DNA of 64,000 nt from an uncultured Alphaproteobacteria bacterium (GCA_965371465.1 CBDUYM010000012.1:15821-79820), one strand, 5' to 3'. Counted from the stretch's first letter, positions 7,958 through 17,731 are shown. A program made the numbers and translations. Notes: generated from the letters alone by a model not told the origin.

Positions 7958-9196
7958 ATGGCCCAATCACTTTGGGGAAATGTATATCTAGACGGCGGTT
8001 ATGCGGGACAATTGCAGGAAGAACCTGGCGGTCGCTGTGTCTTCATTTACGACGCTGCCTGGGTGGCCGAACGCCGGCCGGCCATCGCCCACACGCTGCC
8101 ACTTCGAGACGAACCTTACATAGACGAAAGGGGCTTGCACCCGTTTTTCGACAATCTCGTTGCGGAGGGGTGGCTTCGGAATGCCCAGGCCCGCGTTCTG
8201 GACGTAGCTCCGAGCAACGGATTTGCCCTGCTTCTCGGATTTGGCAGCGACTTGGCGGGGGCTGTCACTGTTCTTGATCCAGAACAGTCTGCGCGCAGAG
8301 TGTTGGACCAGCCCGATGAAGCAACGAGTGCTGCAATGAAGGGCAGCGCCTCCCTCTCTGGCATCCAAAGAAAGCTGCTCCTGATCAAAAAAGGTAAAGG
8401 CTTTCTGCCTGTCGGACCTGGGGAGCCAAGTACGCACATCGCGAAATTATCTTCGGGAGAACATCAGAACATTCTCGCACTGGAGTATCTGACTACAATG
8501 GCTGTGCGTCATCTGCTGCCAGACGATGACATCGTAGACATGGAAATCATGTTTCTTCCGTCTATTGGCGAAGAGGCACTGGTCATTCCGCGATTCGATA
8601 GGGCGCGGTCCGGGCGACGTCTGCATTTTGAGGAATTCAATCAACTGTTAGGGAAGTATTCAGGCGACGATAAGTACGAAGGGGCGTACCAGGACATGGG
8701 GCATTTCATCCTCAACACGCCAGGCTGCGTTCCGGCTGAGGCGGATCGCCTGCTTCGTCGAATTCTGGCCTGCTTGCTGGTCGGCAACACAGACGCACAT
8801 TTGAAGAACTTCGCGATGTTCCATACCCCGAATGGTCTGCGACTTACGCCTGCCTACGATCTGGTCGCTGGCTCGTACTATGCGGACTATCAGCGAATTG
8901 CTCTGACCGTTGGCGAAGCTCATGATCTGGATATCGGCAAACTGCAAGCGAAGCACCTGTTGTCCTTTGGCGAGGGCAGCTTTGGGGTCGCGGAAGACGC
9001 GGTCGTGCTGGCAATCGAACAGCTTGGAAAGCGGCTGTCGCTTGCACTCGCGGCGATCGAAGAATCGGAATTCGGCTCAAAGGCGCTGCGCACGACGCTA
9101 CAGGAAAGAATGGAGAAGAGATGGAACGGCAGTTTCGCATCAACTGGCCAGCTATTGTCGAAGAGGCAAAACAGAGACGCAAGAGCGAGCGGTTGA
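7958..9196 (+). CDS. hipA: HipA-family serine/threonine kinase toxin (type II TA toxin)
   Basis: 412 aa; HipA N-terminal domain pattern (FFDNLVAEGWLR...LLLGFGSDLAGAVTV), GIQRKLLLIK and catalytic-loop-like VGNTDAHLKNFAMF. Confidence 0.85.
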   Translation: MAQSLWGNVYLDGGYAGQLQEEPGGRCVFIYDAAWVAERRPAIAHTLPLRDEPYIDERGLHPFFDNLVAEGWLRNAQARVLDVAPSNGFALLLGFGSDLAGAVTVLDPEQSARRVLDQPDEATSAAMKGSASLSGIQRKLLLIKKGKGFLPVGPGEPSTHIAKLSSGEHQNILALEYLTTMAVRHLLPDDDIVDMEIMFLPSIGEEALVIPRFDRARSGRRLHFEEFNQLLGKYSGDDKYEGAYQDMGHFILNTPGCVPAEADRLLRRILACLLVGNTDAHLKNFAMFHTPNGLRLTPAYDLVAGSYYADYQRIALTVGEAHDLDIGKLQAKHLLSFGEGSFGVAEDAVVLAIEQLGKRLSLALAAIEESEFGSKALRTTLQERMEKRWNGSFASTGQLLSKRQNRDARASG

Positions 9197-9588
9197 CGCA
9201 GGAACGTCTTGCATCCCTGGCAGGCATAAGTACGCCGACAGTCTCGCGTTTTGAAAACGGCATAAGGGACATCACGCTTTCTTCAGTGATGAAAATTCTT
9301 CGTGTGTTGGGAATGGTTGACGAGCGCGTCATGGAATTCGACGATCCGGCTGCCGGATATGATTTGGATAGGGATCTGGTTTACTTCACCGGACAGATCG
9401 GAAGCGAAGCCGTGCCTTGCGCAATCAGCCGTGAAGCTCTGGAGGATCATTTTGAAAAAGGCAAGAAGAGTCTCCTACAGACTTATCAGGCGAACAGCGT
9501 GCACATTAATCATGAAGCCCGACGCAAGTATCTGGCGCAGAGTCTGGAATCCAATGGTTCCATATTGATTAGAACCGAAGACTTCTGA
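9121..9588 (+). CDS. XRE-family HTH protein with about 90-aa C-terminal extension (putative HipB-like antitoxin encoded downstream of hipA)
   Basis: HTH LTQERLASLAGISTPTVSRFENG; ATG 9121 preceded by GGAGAAGAG; overlaps the 3' end of hipA by 76 nt in another frame. Confidence 0.7.
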   Translation: MERQFRINWPAIVEEAKQRRKSERLTQERLASLAGISTPTVSRFENGIRDITLSSVMKILRVLGMVDERVMEFDDPAAGYDLDRDLVYFTGQIGSEAVPCAISREALEDHFEKGKKSLLQTYQANSVHINHEARRKYLAQSLESNGSILIRTEDF

Positions 9589-9617
9589 CGCGAAATTCAG
9601 ATGCGTCCTGGGTCCGC

Positions 9618-10442
9618 CTAGATCCCGAAATCGGCGCCAGCGAGATCGGGGTCGGTGTTCAGATATTTGGCGGTCGCATCCTCCAGCGCATCAGGCCAGG
9701 TCGCGCCAACTGTGGTGCAGATGTTGCGGGCCAACGGGAGATAGCTGCGTGCCACACCAGCATTGGCGGCAATGACGGATGCTTCGTCATCGGCGACTGC
9801 CGGGATGGATCTCAGAAGTTCCTGCTGATCATCAGTGAGGACAGGAAGGAGCTTCTTGCCGCTCGGCCGGGCGCTGGCTGGCGGGGTCATCAGCATCATC
9901 TCGATCAGCATATTTCGGAGAAGATTGAACCCTTCATGGCCGATATGGACGTCCTTCCGACCATTGACCACGACTGAGAGTCCAAGGACCCGGAAAAATT
10001 CGCTGACATGCCCTTCAATGAGCTCCTTCGGCGGGGCGGGCAGCTCCGGCGTATCGGGCACGCCGTCGTAGACATTTGTCGGATCGTAAACTGCGATCAG
10101 GGGCTGATCGAGAACGCCGGAGTCCATTTCGCCGAGCGAAAGATCAACACGGAGCCAGCCTTCTGTAATCAGACTGAGTACACGCATGCCGCCAAAATCG
10201 AAGTTGTTTTCAAGGACCAGAGGATCGATCTCGGCCACCAGGCCGCGCATCTGATCAGAGAGCTCATCCATGTCGTCTTCGGCAGCGATGATCGTCAGAT
10301 CAAGATCACTGAATCTATCGGCGGTCTCTTGTGCGGCTGAGCCTGAAATAAAGCTCGCCTGAACTTTTGGATGGTTCGTCGTCCAGTCGGTGAAAGCCTC
10401 CAGAACAGGGCCATAGGCTGGATCAAGCATTGAAATGGGCAT
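9618..10442 (-). CDS. Nucleotidyltransferase, aminoglycoside 6-adenylyltransferase (ANT(6)/AadK)-like family
   Basis: N-terminal pattern VQASFISGSAAQETADRFSDLDLTII (GS...D.D nucleotidyltransferase motif) and overall layout resemble AadK; assignment from recalled sequence similarity, not a search. Confidence 0.55.
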   Translation of the reverse strand: MPISMLDPAYGPVLEAFTDWTTNHPKVQASFISGSAAQETADRFSDLDLTIIAAEDDMDELSDQMRGLVAEIDPLVLENNFDFGGMRVLSLITEGWLRVDLSLGEMDSGVLDQPLIAVYDPTNVYDGVPDTPELPAPPKELIEGHVSEFFRVLGLSVVVNGRKDVHIGHEGFNLLRNMLIEMMLMTPPASARPSGKKLLPVLTDDQQELLRSIPAVADDEASVIAANAGVARSYLPLARNICTTVGATWPDALEDATAKYLNTDPDLAGADFGI

Positions 10443-10769
10443 CTAGTTTCCTTCAGTTCGGGCTTCGGCTTTTCGGTAATCCCGGAAGATCACCGGGAAG
10501 GCGGCGATATAGAGAATAAGAGTGACGAATCCAGCAATAGCCAGTGTTCTTAAGACATGGGCCGGCTGCTCTAATTGAAATGCCCGCCCGGCAAGAAAAA
10601 TGACAACGCCAGAGCCCAGCATGACCGCTATCCATGTTCTGACCACCAGCTTCCGATTTACTCCGCGCCTGGCTCGCAAATCAAGAAGCAGGCCGACGAC
10701 GATCACGGCAACGATGCTGAGAGGCGTGACAATATTAGCCGTCAGCAGGCTGAACCAGGGGTCGCCCAT
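10443..10769 (-). CDS. Small integral membrane protein (3 predicted TM helices)
   Basis: 108 aa, hydrophobic; SD GGAG 8 nt before ATG; its TAG stop is directly followed by the ATG of the nucleotidyltransferase. Confidence 0.5.
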   Translation of the reverse strand: MGDPWFSLLTANIVTPLSIVAVIVVGLLLDLRARRGVNRKLVVRTWIAVMLGSGVVIFLAGRAFQLEQPAHVLRTLAIAGFVTLILYIAAFPVIFRDYRKAEARTEGN

Positions 10770-10853
10770 AGCTGTTCTCCGCGTGTTGCTCCAACGTTCG
10801 CGTCATATACTATGCCCTATATATAGTGTGCTGATGCAGTCAGGGAGAGCGAA

Positions 10854-11450
10854 ATGTCGCAGCGTATAGAGCCCGCGAGCCAGAAGGTCCTCGATGATCA
10901 GGAAGAGATTCTCTCGCGATCACGAAATCTGATGGGATTCGTGCCGAACGCCATGCAGGTTATGGCCCTGAGGCCAGAGATTCTGGCCGGATTTTCAGGC
11001 CTGTTCGGCTCGGTTTTTGGGCCCGGATCGCTGGTTGACTCTGGGTTAAAGGAAATGATCGCCCATGTCGCCAGCCGAGCAGCAGGCTGCCAGTACTGTC
11101 AGGCCCATACAGCCCATATCGCCGAAATTTTCGGTGTCTCAGCAGAAAAGGTCGAAGCCCTCTGGACCTATGAGCGGAGCGATCTGTTCACGCCGGCTGA
11201 AAAGGCAGCTCTTTCACTGGCCCAGGCTGCGGGCGTCGTACCAAACGCCGCGACGGACGAACATTTCAGGGAGCTCAAAGAACACTATTCTGACGCACAG
11301 ATTGTCGAAATGCTGGCAACCATATCGCTTTACGGATTTCTCAACCGCTTCAACGATTCTCTCGCCACGGTAATGGAAGACCAGGCAATCGAATTTGCCA
11401 CCGCGCACTTAAGCGCGGGCGGCTGGACCGGCGGGAAGCACGTGAGCTGA
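10854..11450 (+). CDS. Carboxymuconolactone decarboxylase family protein (AhpD-like peroxidase-related)
   Basis: CxxC-H motif region AAGCQYCQAHTAHI typical of the AhpD/CMD fold. Confidence 0.8.
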   Translation: MSQRIEPASQKVLDDQEEILSRSRNLMGFVPNAMQVMALRPEILAGFSGLFGSVFGPGSLVDSGLKEMIAHVASRAAGCQYCQAHTAHIAEIFGVSAEKVEALWTYERSDLFTPAEKAALSLAQAAGVVPNAATDEHFRELKEHYSDAQIVEMLATISLYGFLNRFNDSLATVMEDQAIEFATAHLSAGGWTGGKHVS

Positions 11451-11468
11451 CTTAGTCTCCTCCGTTCG

Positions 11469-12761
11469 TTACCCAGATTTGGCGAGAGCCTGTTCGAGAT
11501 CAGCAACGATATCATCGATGTGTTCGAGGCCGACCGAAAGCCTGACATAACCGTCAGTGACACCTGTTGCCGCCTGTTCCTCCGGCGACAATTGCGAATG
11601 GGTTGTCGATGCCGGATGAATGGCGAGGCTGCGGGCATCGCCGATGTTGGCTACGTGATAGTGCATTTCGAGGCTGTCGATAAACTTTTTGCCGGCGTCA
11701 CCGCCACCTTCGAGCTCAAAGCCGACAAGGCCGCCGTAGCCGCCCGCCATATAGGCATCAGCGCGGCGTTTCATTTCACCGGATTGCAGCCCTGGGAAAA
11801 TTACCTTGGTGACCTGATCCTGACTGGTCAGCCAGTCGGCCACCAGGGCGGCATTTCTCGAATGCTCGCGAATGCGCAGCGGCAACGTCTCCAGCCCCTG
11901 AATAAACTGAAACGCATTCATCGGGCTGATGGCGGGCCCCAGGTCGCGCAACAGAACCACGCGCATGCGAAGGTGATAGGCGATCGGGCCCAGGGGTTTG
12001 ACGGCATCGACCCAGACAGCACCATGATAGCTTGGATCAGGCGTGCTGAAGTTCGGCTGGCGTTCCGCATGGGCTTCCCAGTCGAAGTTGCCGCCATCGA
12101 CAACCGCGCCGCCGATGGACGTGCCATGACCGCCGATGTATTTGGTCAGAGAATAAACCACAATGGCCGCGCCATGATCGAGGGGGCGACAGAGTACGGG
12201 TGCGGCGGTGTTGTCGACAATCAGCGGCACGCCAAATTCGCGCCCGATGTCCGAGACTTCCTGGATCGGAAAGACATGCAGTTTCGGGTTCGGCAAGGTT
12301 TCTGCATAGTAGGCGCGGGTCCGGTCATCGGTGGCCGCGCGGAAGGCTTCCGGGTCAGTCGGGTCAACAAATCTTGTTTCGATGCCCATCTGCGAGAGCG
12401 TATTGGCGAACAGGTTCCATGTGCCGCCGTAGAGATCCGTGGACGAAACAATGTTGTCGCCCGCACTTGCCAGATTTTGGACGGCGAGCGCCGATGCCGC
12501 CTGACCAGAAGCAACGGCAAGTGTTGCGACGCCTCCATCAAGGGCAGTCAGCCGATCTTCCAGCACAGCCTGCGTCGGGTTCATGATGCGCGTGTAAATG
12601 TTGCCAAGCTCTTCAAGCCCGAAAAGCTTCGAAGCGTGTTCGGTTGAATCGAACTGATAGGATGTCGTCTGATAGATGGGCACGGCCACAGCGTTCGTGC
12701 TTTCATCCTTCCTGTAGCCTGCATGCAGAACAATTGTTTCCGGATGTATGCTGTCGACCAT
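11469..12761 (-). CDS. metY: O-acetylhomoserine aminocarboxypropyltransferase / O-acetylhomoserine sulfhydrylase
   Basis: PLP-dependent Cys/Met-metabolism motifs (YTRIMNPT, SLTKYIGGHGTSIGG); start refined to MVDSIHPE (12761), preceded by GGGGGAG. Confidence 0.9.
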   Translation of the reverse strand: MVDSIHPETIVLHAGYRKDESTNAVAVPIYQTTSYQFDSTEHASKLFGLEELGNIYTRIMNPTQAVLEDRLTALDGGVATLAVASGQAASALAVQNLASAGDNIVSSTDLYGGTWNLFANTLSQMGIETRFVDPTDPEAFRAATDDRTRAYYAETLPNPKLHVFPIQEVSDIGREFGVPLIVDNTAAPVLCRPLDHGAAIVVYSLTKYIGGHGTSIGGAVVDGGNFDWEAHAERQPNFSTPDPSYHGAVWVDAVKPLGPIAYHLRMRVVLLRDLGPAISPMNAFQFIQGLETLPLRIREHSRNAALVADWLTSQDQVTKVIFPGLQSGEMKRRADAYMAGGYGGLVGFELEGGGDAGKKFIDSLEMHYHVANIGDARSLAIHPASTTHSQLSPEEQAATGVTDGYVRLSVGLEHIDDIVADLEQALAKSG

Positions 12762-12840
12762 GGTTATCTCCCCCATTTCATTTTTGTTGTCGGCGGAGTT
12801 TGGCGGGAAAATGTACTGAGTTCAACGGTTTTGCAGAGGC

Positions 12841-13866
12841 CTAGACCGGTGCTGCTTCCTTCAGGCGCGCCCAAAGGCCGCGGGTGATTTCGGGCGAGCC
12901 GAAGTCACCGAGGCGCACAAGGACAATGTCGAGGCTGGGCACAATATGAAGCATGCGGTGGAGAGCGCCGAGTGCGGCATACAGGTCGTCCGGTGCATTG
13001 GGAATGAGGGAGCTCCTGATCTCTGCTTGTGTTCCTGTGCCAATGGATATGCCTGGCCGGCCGTTCAGCCACCAGAGCAGACCATAGGCTGGATTGGCAT
13101 TGCTGGAAGACTGCAGGCAATCCGCCAACCAGCCCTTGTTGCCGATGATATCCTGGCCATTCCATTGACCGCCCCTTTGGACCATCAATCCAAACCGGCC
13201 AAGGTCGCGCGCCGATGTCGCAAGGCCTTGCTTGTTGACAAGCGGCCGGTCACCGACCTGAATACGCGGAACCCAGTGGGTTTCATGCATTTGAAGCGGA
13301 TCAAGGAGCCATTCTCTGGTGTAGGTGTCTCGATCGAGGCCGGACACTTCGGCGAGAATTTCGATCATCAGAGCGTAGGCAGGCGTGTTGTAGAACCATT
13401 TTTCACCGGGCGGTGCTTCGAAACGAAGCTGCTCCGAAAGGCCCGAAGTCAGGCTCAGCAGGTGCTGGATGGTAATGGCCTTTTCTACTCTGTTCGTCGC
13501 GTTCGACCAGCCTTTGCCAAGATACTTCCTCACCGGCGTATGCAGTTTCAGCAGCTTCTTTCCAATGGCAATACCGGTCAGGACAGAAACGACGCCTTTC
13601 TGAATTGAGGTGACGTCTTCGATTACGCGATTGTCATCAGTGTGGCCGACCGTAAGATTTGCATATCCAGGTGATATCTCGCCTGCATCGGCAGGATCCC
13701 ATTCGGCCTCGGCCATGATGCGGCCACGATGCAGTATGAGGAATGCGCTCGAACTGGCGGACCTCAAATAGTCCATGGCGGCTTTCAGGGCATCGGCATC
13801 CCAGCCGGCATCTACCGGCTCAATGCGCTCCCACTGGTCGCCCTCAGGATAGTAATTCCTACTCAT
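12841..13866 (-). CDS. Serine hydrolase, beta-lactamase/transpeptidase-like family
   Basis: 341 aa; S-x-x-K active-site motif in SIQKGVVSVL; family-typical size. Confidence 0.75.
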   Translation of the reverse strand: MSRNYYPEGDQWERIEPVDAGWDADALKAAMDYLRSASSSAFLILHRGRIMAEAEWDPADAGEISPGYANLTVGHTDDNRVIEDVTSIQKGVVSVLTGIAIGKKLLKLHTPVRKYLGKGWSNATNRVEKAITIQHLLSLTSGLSEQLRFEAPPGEKWFYNTPAYALMIEILAEVSGLDRDTYTREWLLDPLQMHETHWVPRIQVGDRPLVNKQGLATSARDLGRFGLMVQRGGQWNGQDIIGNKGWLADCLQSSSNANPAYGLLWWLNGRPGISIGTGTQAEIRSSLIPNAPDDLYAALGALHRMLHIVPSLDIVLVRLGDFGSPEITRGLWARLKEAAPV

Positions 13867-14104
13867 AGGTTACGCATCGGCCCGTGCCCCCGCGCGTTCA
13901 TTTGCATCCTAGTGCAAATCTTCCCGTACCAACTATTGCATGAACAGTGCTGTGAGCGAAGCAAACTGTCCGAGAGAGCGCGCCATGAGGGATTGAGCCA
14001 CCGCTCTCTTGTTCACGCAGAGGGATTTTGCGGCTTGCCGGAAATCGTCTCGAAATGCGGTCGCCTCTTCGACATTGGGAGGAGGTTCTGCTAACAGACT
14101 GGGT

Positions 14105-15994
14105 ATGGCAGATGACCCGAAAGCACCGAAACCGGCGAGTGTGCTGACAGCGGCGGCGAACGCGGCGCTGCTCGAAGCACTGCCGTTCTCTGATCGCAAA
14201 GATTTTGAGAGTGCGACCAGGGGCAAGCTTGCAGAGTTGCCGGATGGCATCGTCACCAACGATGACGGGGCGGTGCTGTGGGATCTTGGGCGCTGGAATT
14301 TTCTGGAGGGTGATGCGCCGCCTGAGGTGAACCCGAGCCTTTGGCGCCAGGCGCAGCTCAATCAGATTCACGGGCTGTTTGAAGTCACCGACGGGATTTA
14401 TCAGTTTCGCGGCTATGATCTTTCAGTCATGACTTTTGTTCGCGGTGAGCGAGGGTGGATCGTTGTTGATCCGCTGATCAGCCAGGTATCTGCAAAGCGC
14501 GGGCTGGAGCTTGTGAACAAGACTCTCGGCACACGCCCGGTTACGGCCATGCTCTACACACACTCTCACATTGATCACTATGGCGGCGCGATTGGCATTA
14601 TTTCGCCTGAGGACGCGTCATCGGGCCGGATTCCCGTCCTCGCGCCTGAAGAATTCACAGAAGAAGCAGTTTCCGAGAACATGATCGCGGGCAATCACAT
14701 GCGGCGGCGCGCCATGTATATGTACGGCCCCCTGTTACCACCAGATCCGAAAGGGCATGTGGATGCAGGGCTGGGCCGGACCACAGCGCCGGCACCGGGT
14801 CCGCTGATCCCGCCTAATGACATCATTCGCGAGACCGGCGAAGAGCGTATTCTCGATGGCGTGAAGTTCATCTTTCAGGTCGCGCCGGGTGCCGAAGCGC
14901 CGGTGGAATTCATATTCGATCTGCCCGAAAAGAAGGCCCTCTGCATGGCCGAGATTGCGACCCACGTCATGCACAACGTCTACACGCCGAGAGGCGCACA
15001 GGTTCGGGACGCGCTTTTGTGGTCGAAGCACATTGATGATTCCATCCGGTTTTTTGGCGCGGAGACGGAGGTTCTGTTCGCCAGTCACCATTGGCCGACC
15101 TGGGGGAACGCGGACCTCATCGGGTTCCTGGAACTGCAGCGCGATGCTTACAAATATATCCATGATCAGACGCTTCGGCTTGCCAACCACGGTTACAATA
15201 TGGTCGAGGCGGCAGAGATGGTGCAACTACCCGACAGCCTGGGCAAAGTCTGGGCGAACCGGGACTATTACGGCACCGTGAACCATAATGTGAAAGCGAC
15301 CTGGCAGCGCTATTTCGGCTGGTTTGATGGTAATCCGGCCAATCTGCATCCTCTGCCGCCTGAGGAGGCGGCGACGCGCTATGTGGATTTCATGGGCGGC
15401 GCGGCGGCTGTGCTGGAACGCGCAGCTGCCTCTTTCGATAACGGCGAATATCGCTGGGTTGCCGAAGTGGTCAGGCATGTTGTGTTTGATGATCCTGAAA
15501 ATGAGGCCGCACGTTTTCTGCTGGCCGATGCCATGGAACAGATGGGGTATCAGGCAGAATCCGGCCCATGGCGAAATTTTTATCTCACAGGCGCGATGGA
15601 GCTCAGGCAGATGCCTGATTACGGCGATGTGCGGGCGCAAAGCGGCGCACAATTCCAAGGGCTGTCCCTGGAGCTGTTGTTCGATACGCTATCGGTGCTG
15701 GTAAATGGACCCAAGGCCGACGGGCTCGATCTCGCCCTGAATATTGAGTTCACTGATACCGATGAGTGCGCGAGAATCTGGATTGAAAACGCTGTCCTGC
15801 ATTACAGGATCGGATCAGACGATGGGGGCACTGTTACGATCACGGGCACAAGACGCGTCATCATGGATTTGCTTCTTGAGAACGCATCCAGTTCCGAGAG
15901 TGACATCGAAGTTGAAGGCGATCAATCGGTGCTCACTGCGTTCATCGGTCTCCTTGATCACTTCCCTTTCTGGTTCAACATCGTGGTTCCCTAG
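14105..15994 (+). CDS. Alkyl/aryl-sulfatase, MBL-fold metallo-hydrolase (SdsA1/BDS1-like)
   Basis: THSHIDHYGG metallo-beta-lactamase motif plus long C-terminal dimerisation/SCP2-like region; start refined to MADDPKAP (14105). Confidence 0.8.
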   Translation: MADDPKAPKPASVLTAAANAALLEALPFSDRKDFESATRGKLAELPDGIVTNDDGAVLWDLGRWNFLEGDAPPEVNPSLWRQAQLNQIHGLFEVTDGIYQFRGYDLSVMTFVRGERGWIVVDPLISQVSAKRGLELVNKTLGTRPVTAMLYTHSHIDHYGGAIGIISPEDASSGRIPVLAPEEFTEEAVSENMIAGNHMRRRAMYMYGPLLPPDPKGHVDAGLGRTTAPAPGPLIPPNDIIRETGEERILDGVKFIFQVAPGAEAPVEFIFDLPEKKALCMAEIATHVMHNVYTPRGAQVRDALLWSKHIDDSIRFFGAETEVLFASHHWPTWGNADLIGFLELQRDAYKYIHDQTLRLANHGYNMVEAAEMVQLPDSLGKVWANRDYYGTVNHNVKATWQRYFGWFDGNPANLHPLPPEEAATRYVDFMGGAAAVLERAAASFDNGEYRWVAEVVRHVVFDDPENEAARFLLADAMEQMGYQAESGPWRNFYLTGAMELRQMPDYGDVRAQSGAQFQGLSLELLFDTLSVLVNGPKADGLDLALNIEFTDTDECARIWIENAVLHYRIGSDDGGTVTITGTRRVIMDLLLENASSSESDIEVEGDQSVLTAFIGLLDHFPFWFNIVVP

Positions 15995-16546
15995 ATGACG
16001 AAAACCATTTCGTCGACAATTCTTGCTCTTGCCCTGCTGCTTTCGCTGCCGGCGAAAGGTTCGACATTCAAAGAATGCCTGCACGACATTTTGAATGAAG
16101 ACCTTACTGCCAAGGTGGGGTATCAGACTGCACTTCGCGATTTAAGCATTGAGCTTGCACCGGAATTTGAGGAACTGGCGACATTGAATGCGCGACTGCA
16201 GATTGCATTCGCGGCCATGCGTCAGGCGCAGCTGATCTACCTTGTCGAAGTGCATCCGGAGGTTCTGATCACCGCAGAGAACCTGCTTGCGTTCACCAAT
16301 TACGAATGGAGCACTGAATACGAGCTTGAGACCCGGGCCTTTGATGATGTCTATCCTGTACTTTACGCCGAGGTGCGGGTGCTTCAGGAACAGAATGATG
16401 GCCATCCGGACTGGCCGGCGTTCAGGACGGCCTTTGTCGAAGACATTGCGACAAGCGCAGAATTTTCAGGCCTTACAGAATCGTTTCTCGATCAGCAGCA
16501 CGCGACCGGCGAGGCTTTAAAGCTGTGCGCTCCGGAACCTGGATGA
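15995..16546 (+). CDS. Secreted hypothetical protein (signal peptide), co-transcribed with the sulfatase
   Basis: MTKTISSTILALALLLSLPAKG signal peptide; ATG directly follows the sulfatase TAG. Confidence 0.5.
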   Translation: MTKTISSTILALALLLSLPAKGSTFKECLHDILNEDLTAKVGYQTALRDLSIELAPEFEELATLNARLQIAFAAMRQAQLIYLVEVHPEVLITAENLLAFTNYEWSTEYELETRAFDDVYPVLYAEVRVLQEQNDGHPDWPAFRTAFVEDIATSAEFSGLTESFLDQQHATGEALKLCAPEPG

Positions 16547-16657
16547 ACATGTCGATGGGTGGCCGGCGTGAATTGATTTGACGCAGACGCCTGGCTTCCC
16601 GGTGTAGTACGATATTCCTGCTTGATCTGCGAGCGATGGCCCTGAAAGGCGAAGCCG

Positions 16658-17731
16658 ATGAGTGTAGAGGAGCATGCCCACCACGATCATAGTGATCACC
16701 AGATGCACCACGCCGGGCGCTTCGACCTTCTTCTTTGGGGCAGCATCTCAGCCGTCGTAATCCTCTATGCATCAGGTTGGATTTTTCCGTCTGAGCTGAG
16801 ATCCGTTCCCTGGCTTTATGTGCTGGCTCGCTCTGTCTTCGATTTGATGAATACGATCTGGTGGGGCATCACGATTGGCCTGGTAATGGTGGCCATTCTG
16901 GGGAAAGTACCGCGGGAATTTATTATCTCGATCCTGGGAAAAGGTGGCGGTTTCAGCGGCATTCTACGAGCGACGCTCGGCGGCGTGCTGTTGGATCTGT
17001 GCAGCCATGGCATCCTGCTCGTTGGCGCCAAGCTCTATGAAAGGGGCGCCAGTGCGGGGCAGGTGGTGGCATTTCTGGTCGCCAGCCCCTGGAATTCTTT
17101 TTCCCTGACGCTGGTGTTGATTGCGCTCGTCGGGTTGTCCTGGACTTTGCTGTTTATTTTCATGTCTCTTGTAATCGCACTGATTACCGGCTTGCTGTTT
17201 GATTCTCTCGTTGCTGCCAAACGGCTGCCGGCCAATCCAAACCGATTTGATCTGGCTGATGACTTCGATTTCTGGGGCGAGGCACGAGCGGGCTTCCACG
17301 CCCAGCGGTTCGACATTGCATTTTTCCGTGAAATGTTCCGGAATGGCGTGATGGAATCGCGCATGGTGCTCCGCTGGATACTGTTCGGCGTTGTGCTGGC
17401 GGGTCTGGTGAAGGCCTTCGTCGATACCGGCAGCCTGCAGACCTGGTTTGGGCCGACCCTTGCGGGTCTCGGTCTGACGGTATTGGTCGCAACCATCATC
17501 GAAGTTTGTTCCGAAGGCAGTACACCGATTGCGGCTGATCTTCTCACCCGGGCGAACGCGCCCGGCAACAGTTTTGCGTTTCTTATGACCGGGGTCGCAA
17601 CCGATTACACAGAAATCATGATCCTGAAAGATACGACCAAGTCCTGGAAATTCTCGCTCAGCCTGCCGCTTCTTACTTTACCTCAGGTGCTGCTGATCGG
17701 CTGGCTGATGAATGTGTTTGGCAGCACCTGA
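16658..17731 (+). CDS. Permease (COG0701 / DUF318-ArsP-like family) with His-rich N-terminus
   Basis: Multi-TM protein with CSHG and GAS.G...AFL motifs typical of the family; N-terminus MSVEEHAHHDHSDHQMHH suggests metal binding. Confidence 0.7.
   Translation: MSVEEHAHHDHSDHQMHHAGRFDLLLWGSISAVVILYASGWIFPSELRSVPWLYVLARSVFDLMNTIWWGITIGLVMVAILGKVPREFIISILGKGGGFSGILRATLGGVLLDLCSHGILLVGAKLYERGASAGQVVAFLVASPWNSFSLTLVLIALVGLSWTLLFIFMSLVIALITGLLFDSLVAAKRLPANPNRFDLADDFDFWGEARAGFHAQRFDIAFFREMFRNGVMESRMVLRWILFGVVLAGLVKAFVDTGSLQTWFGPTLAGLGLTVLVATIIEVCSEGSTPIAADLLTRANAPGNSFAFLMTGVATDYTEIMILKDTTKSWKFSLSLPLLTLPQVLLIGWLMNVFGST

Noticed and set aside
11520-12647. 375-aa ORF on the plus strand
   Set aside because: Lies entirely antisense within metY, which has strong conserved motifs; Arg/Ala-rich composition typical of antisense frames in high-GC DNA.
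12762-12840. Possible SAM riboswitch upstream of metY
   Set aside because: Only about 80 nt separate metY from the upstream convergent stop, and I could not recognise the SAM-II pseudoknot-forming conserved segments by eye; would need a covariance-model scan.
12946-13608. 220-aa plus-strand ORF
   Set aside because: Antisense within the serine hydrolase gene.
14009-14104. Upstream extension of the alkylsulfatase ORF (track start 14009)
   Set aside because: The extension is Ser/Ala/Arg-rich without signal-peptide or domain features; the in-frame ATG at 14105 is the more plausible start, but an N-terminal signal peptide encoded from an alternative start cannot be excluded.
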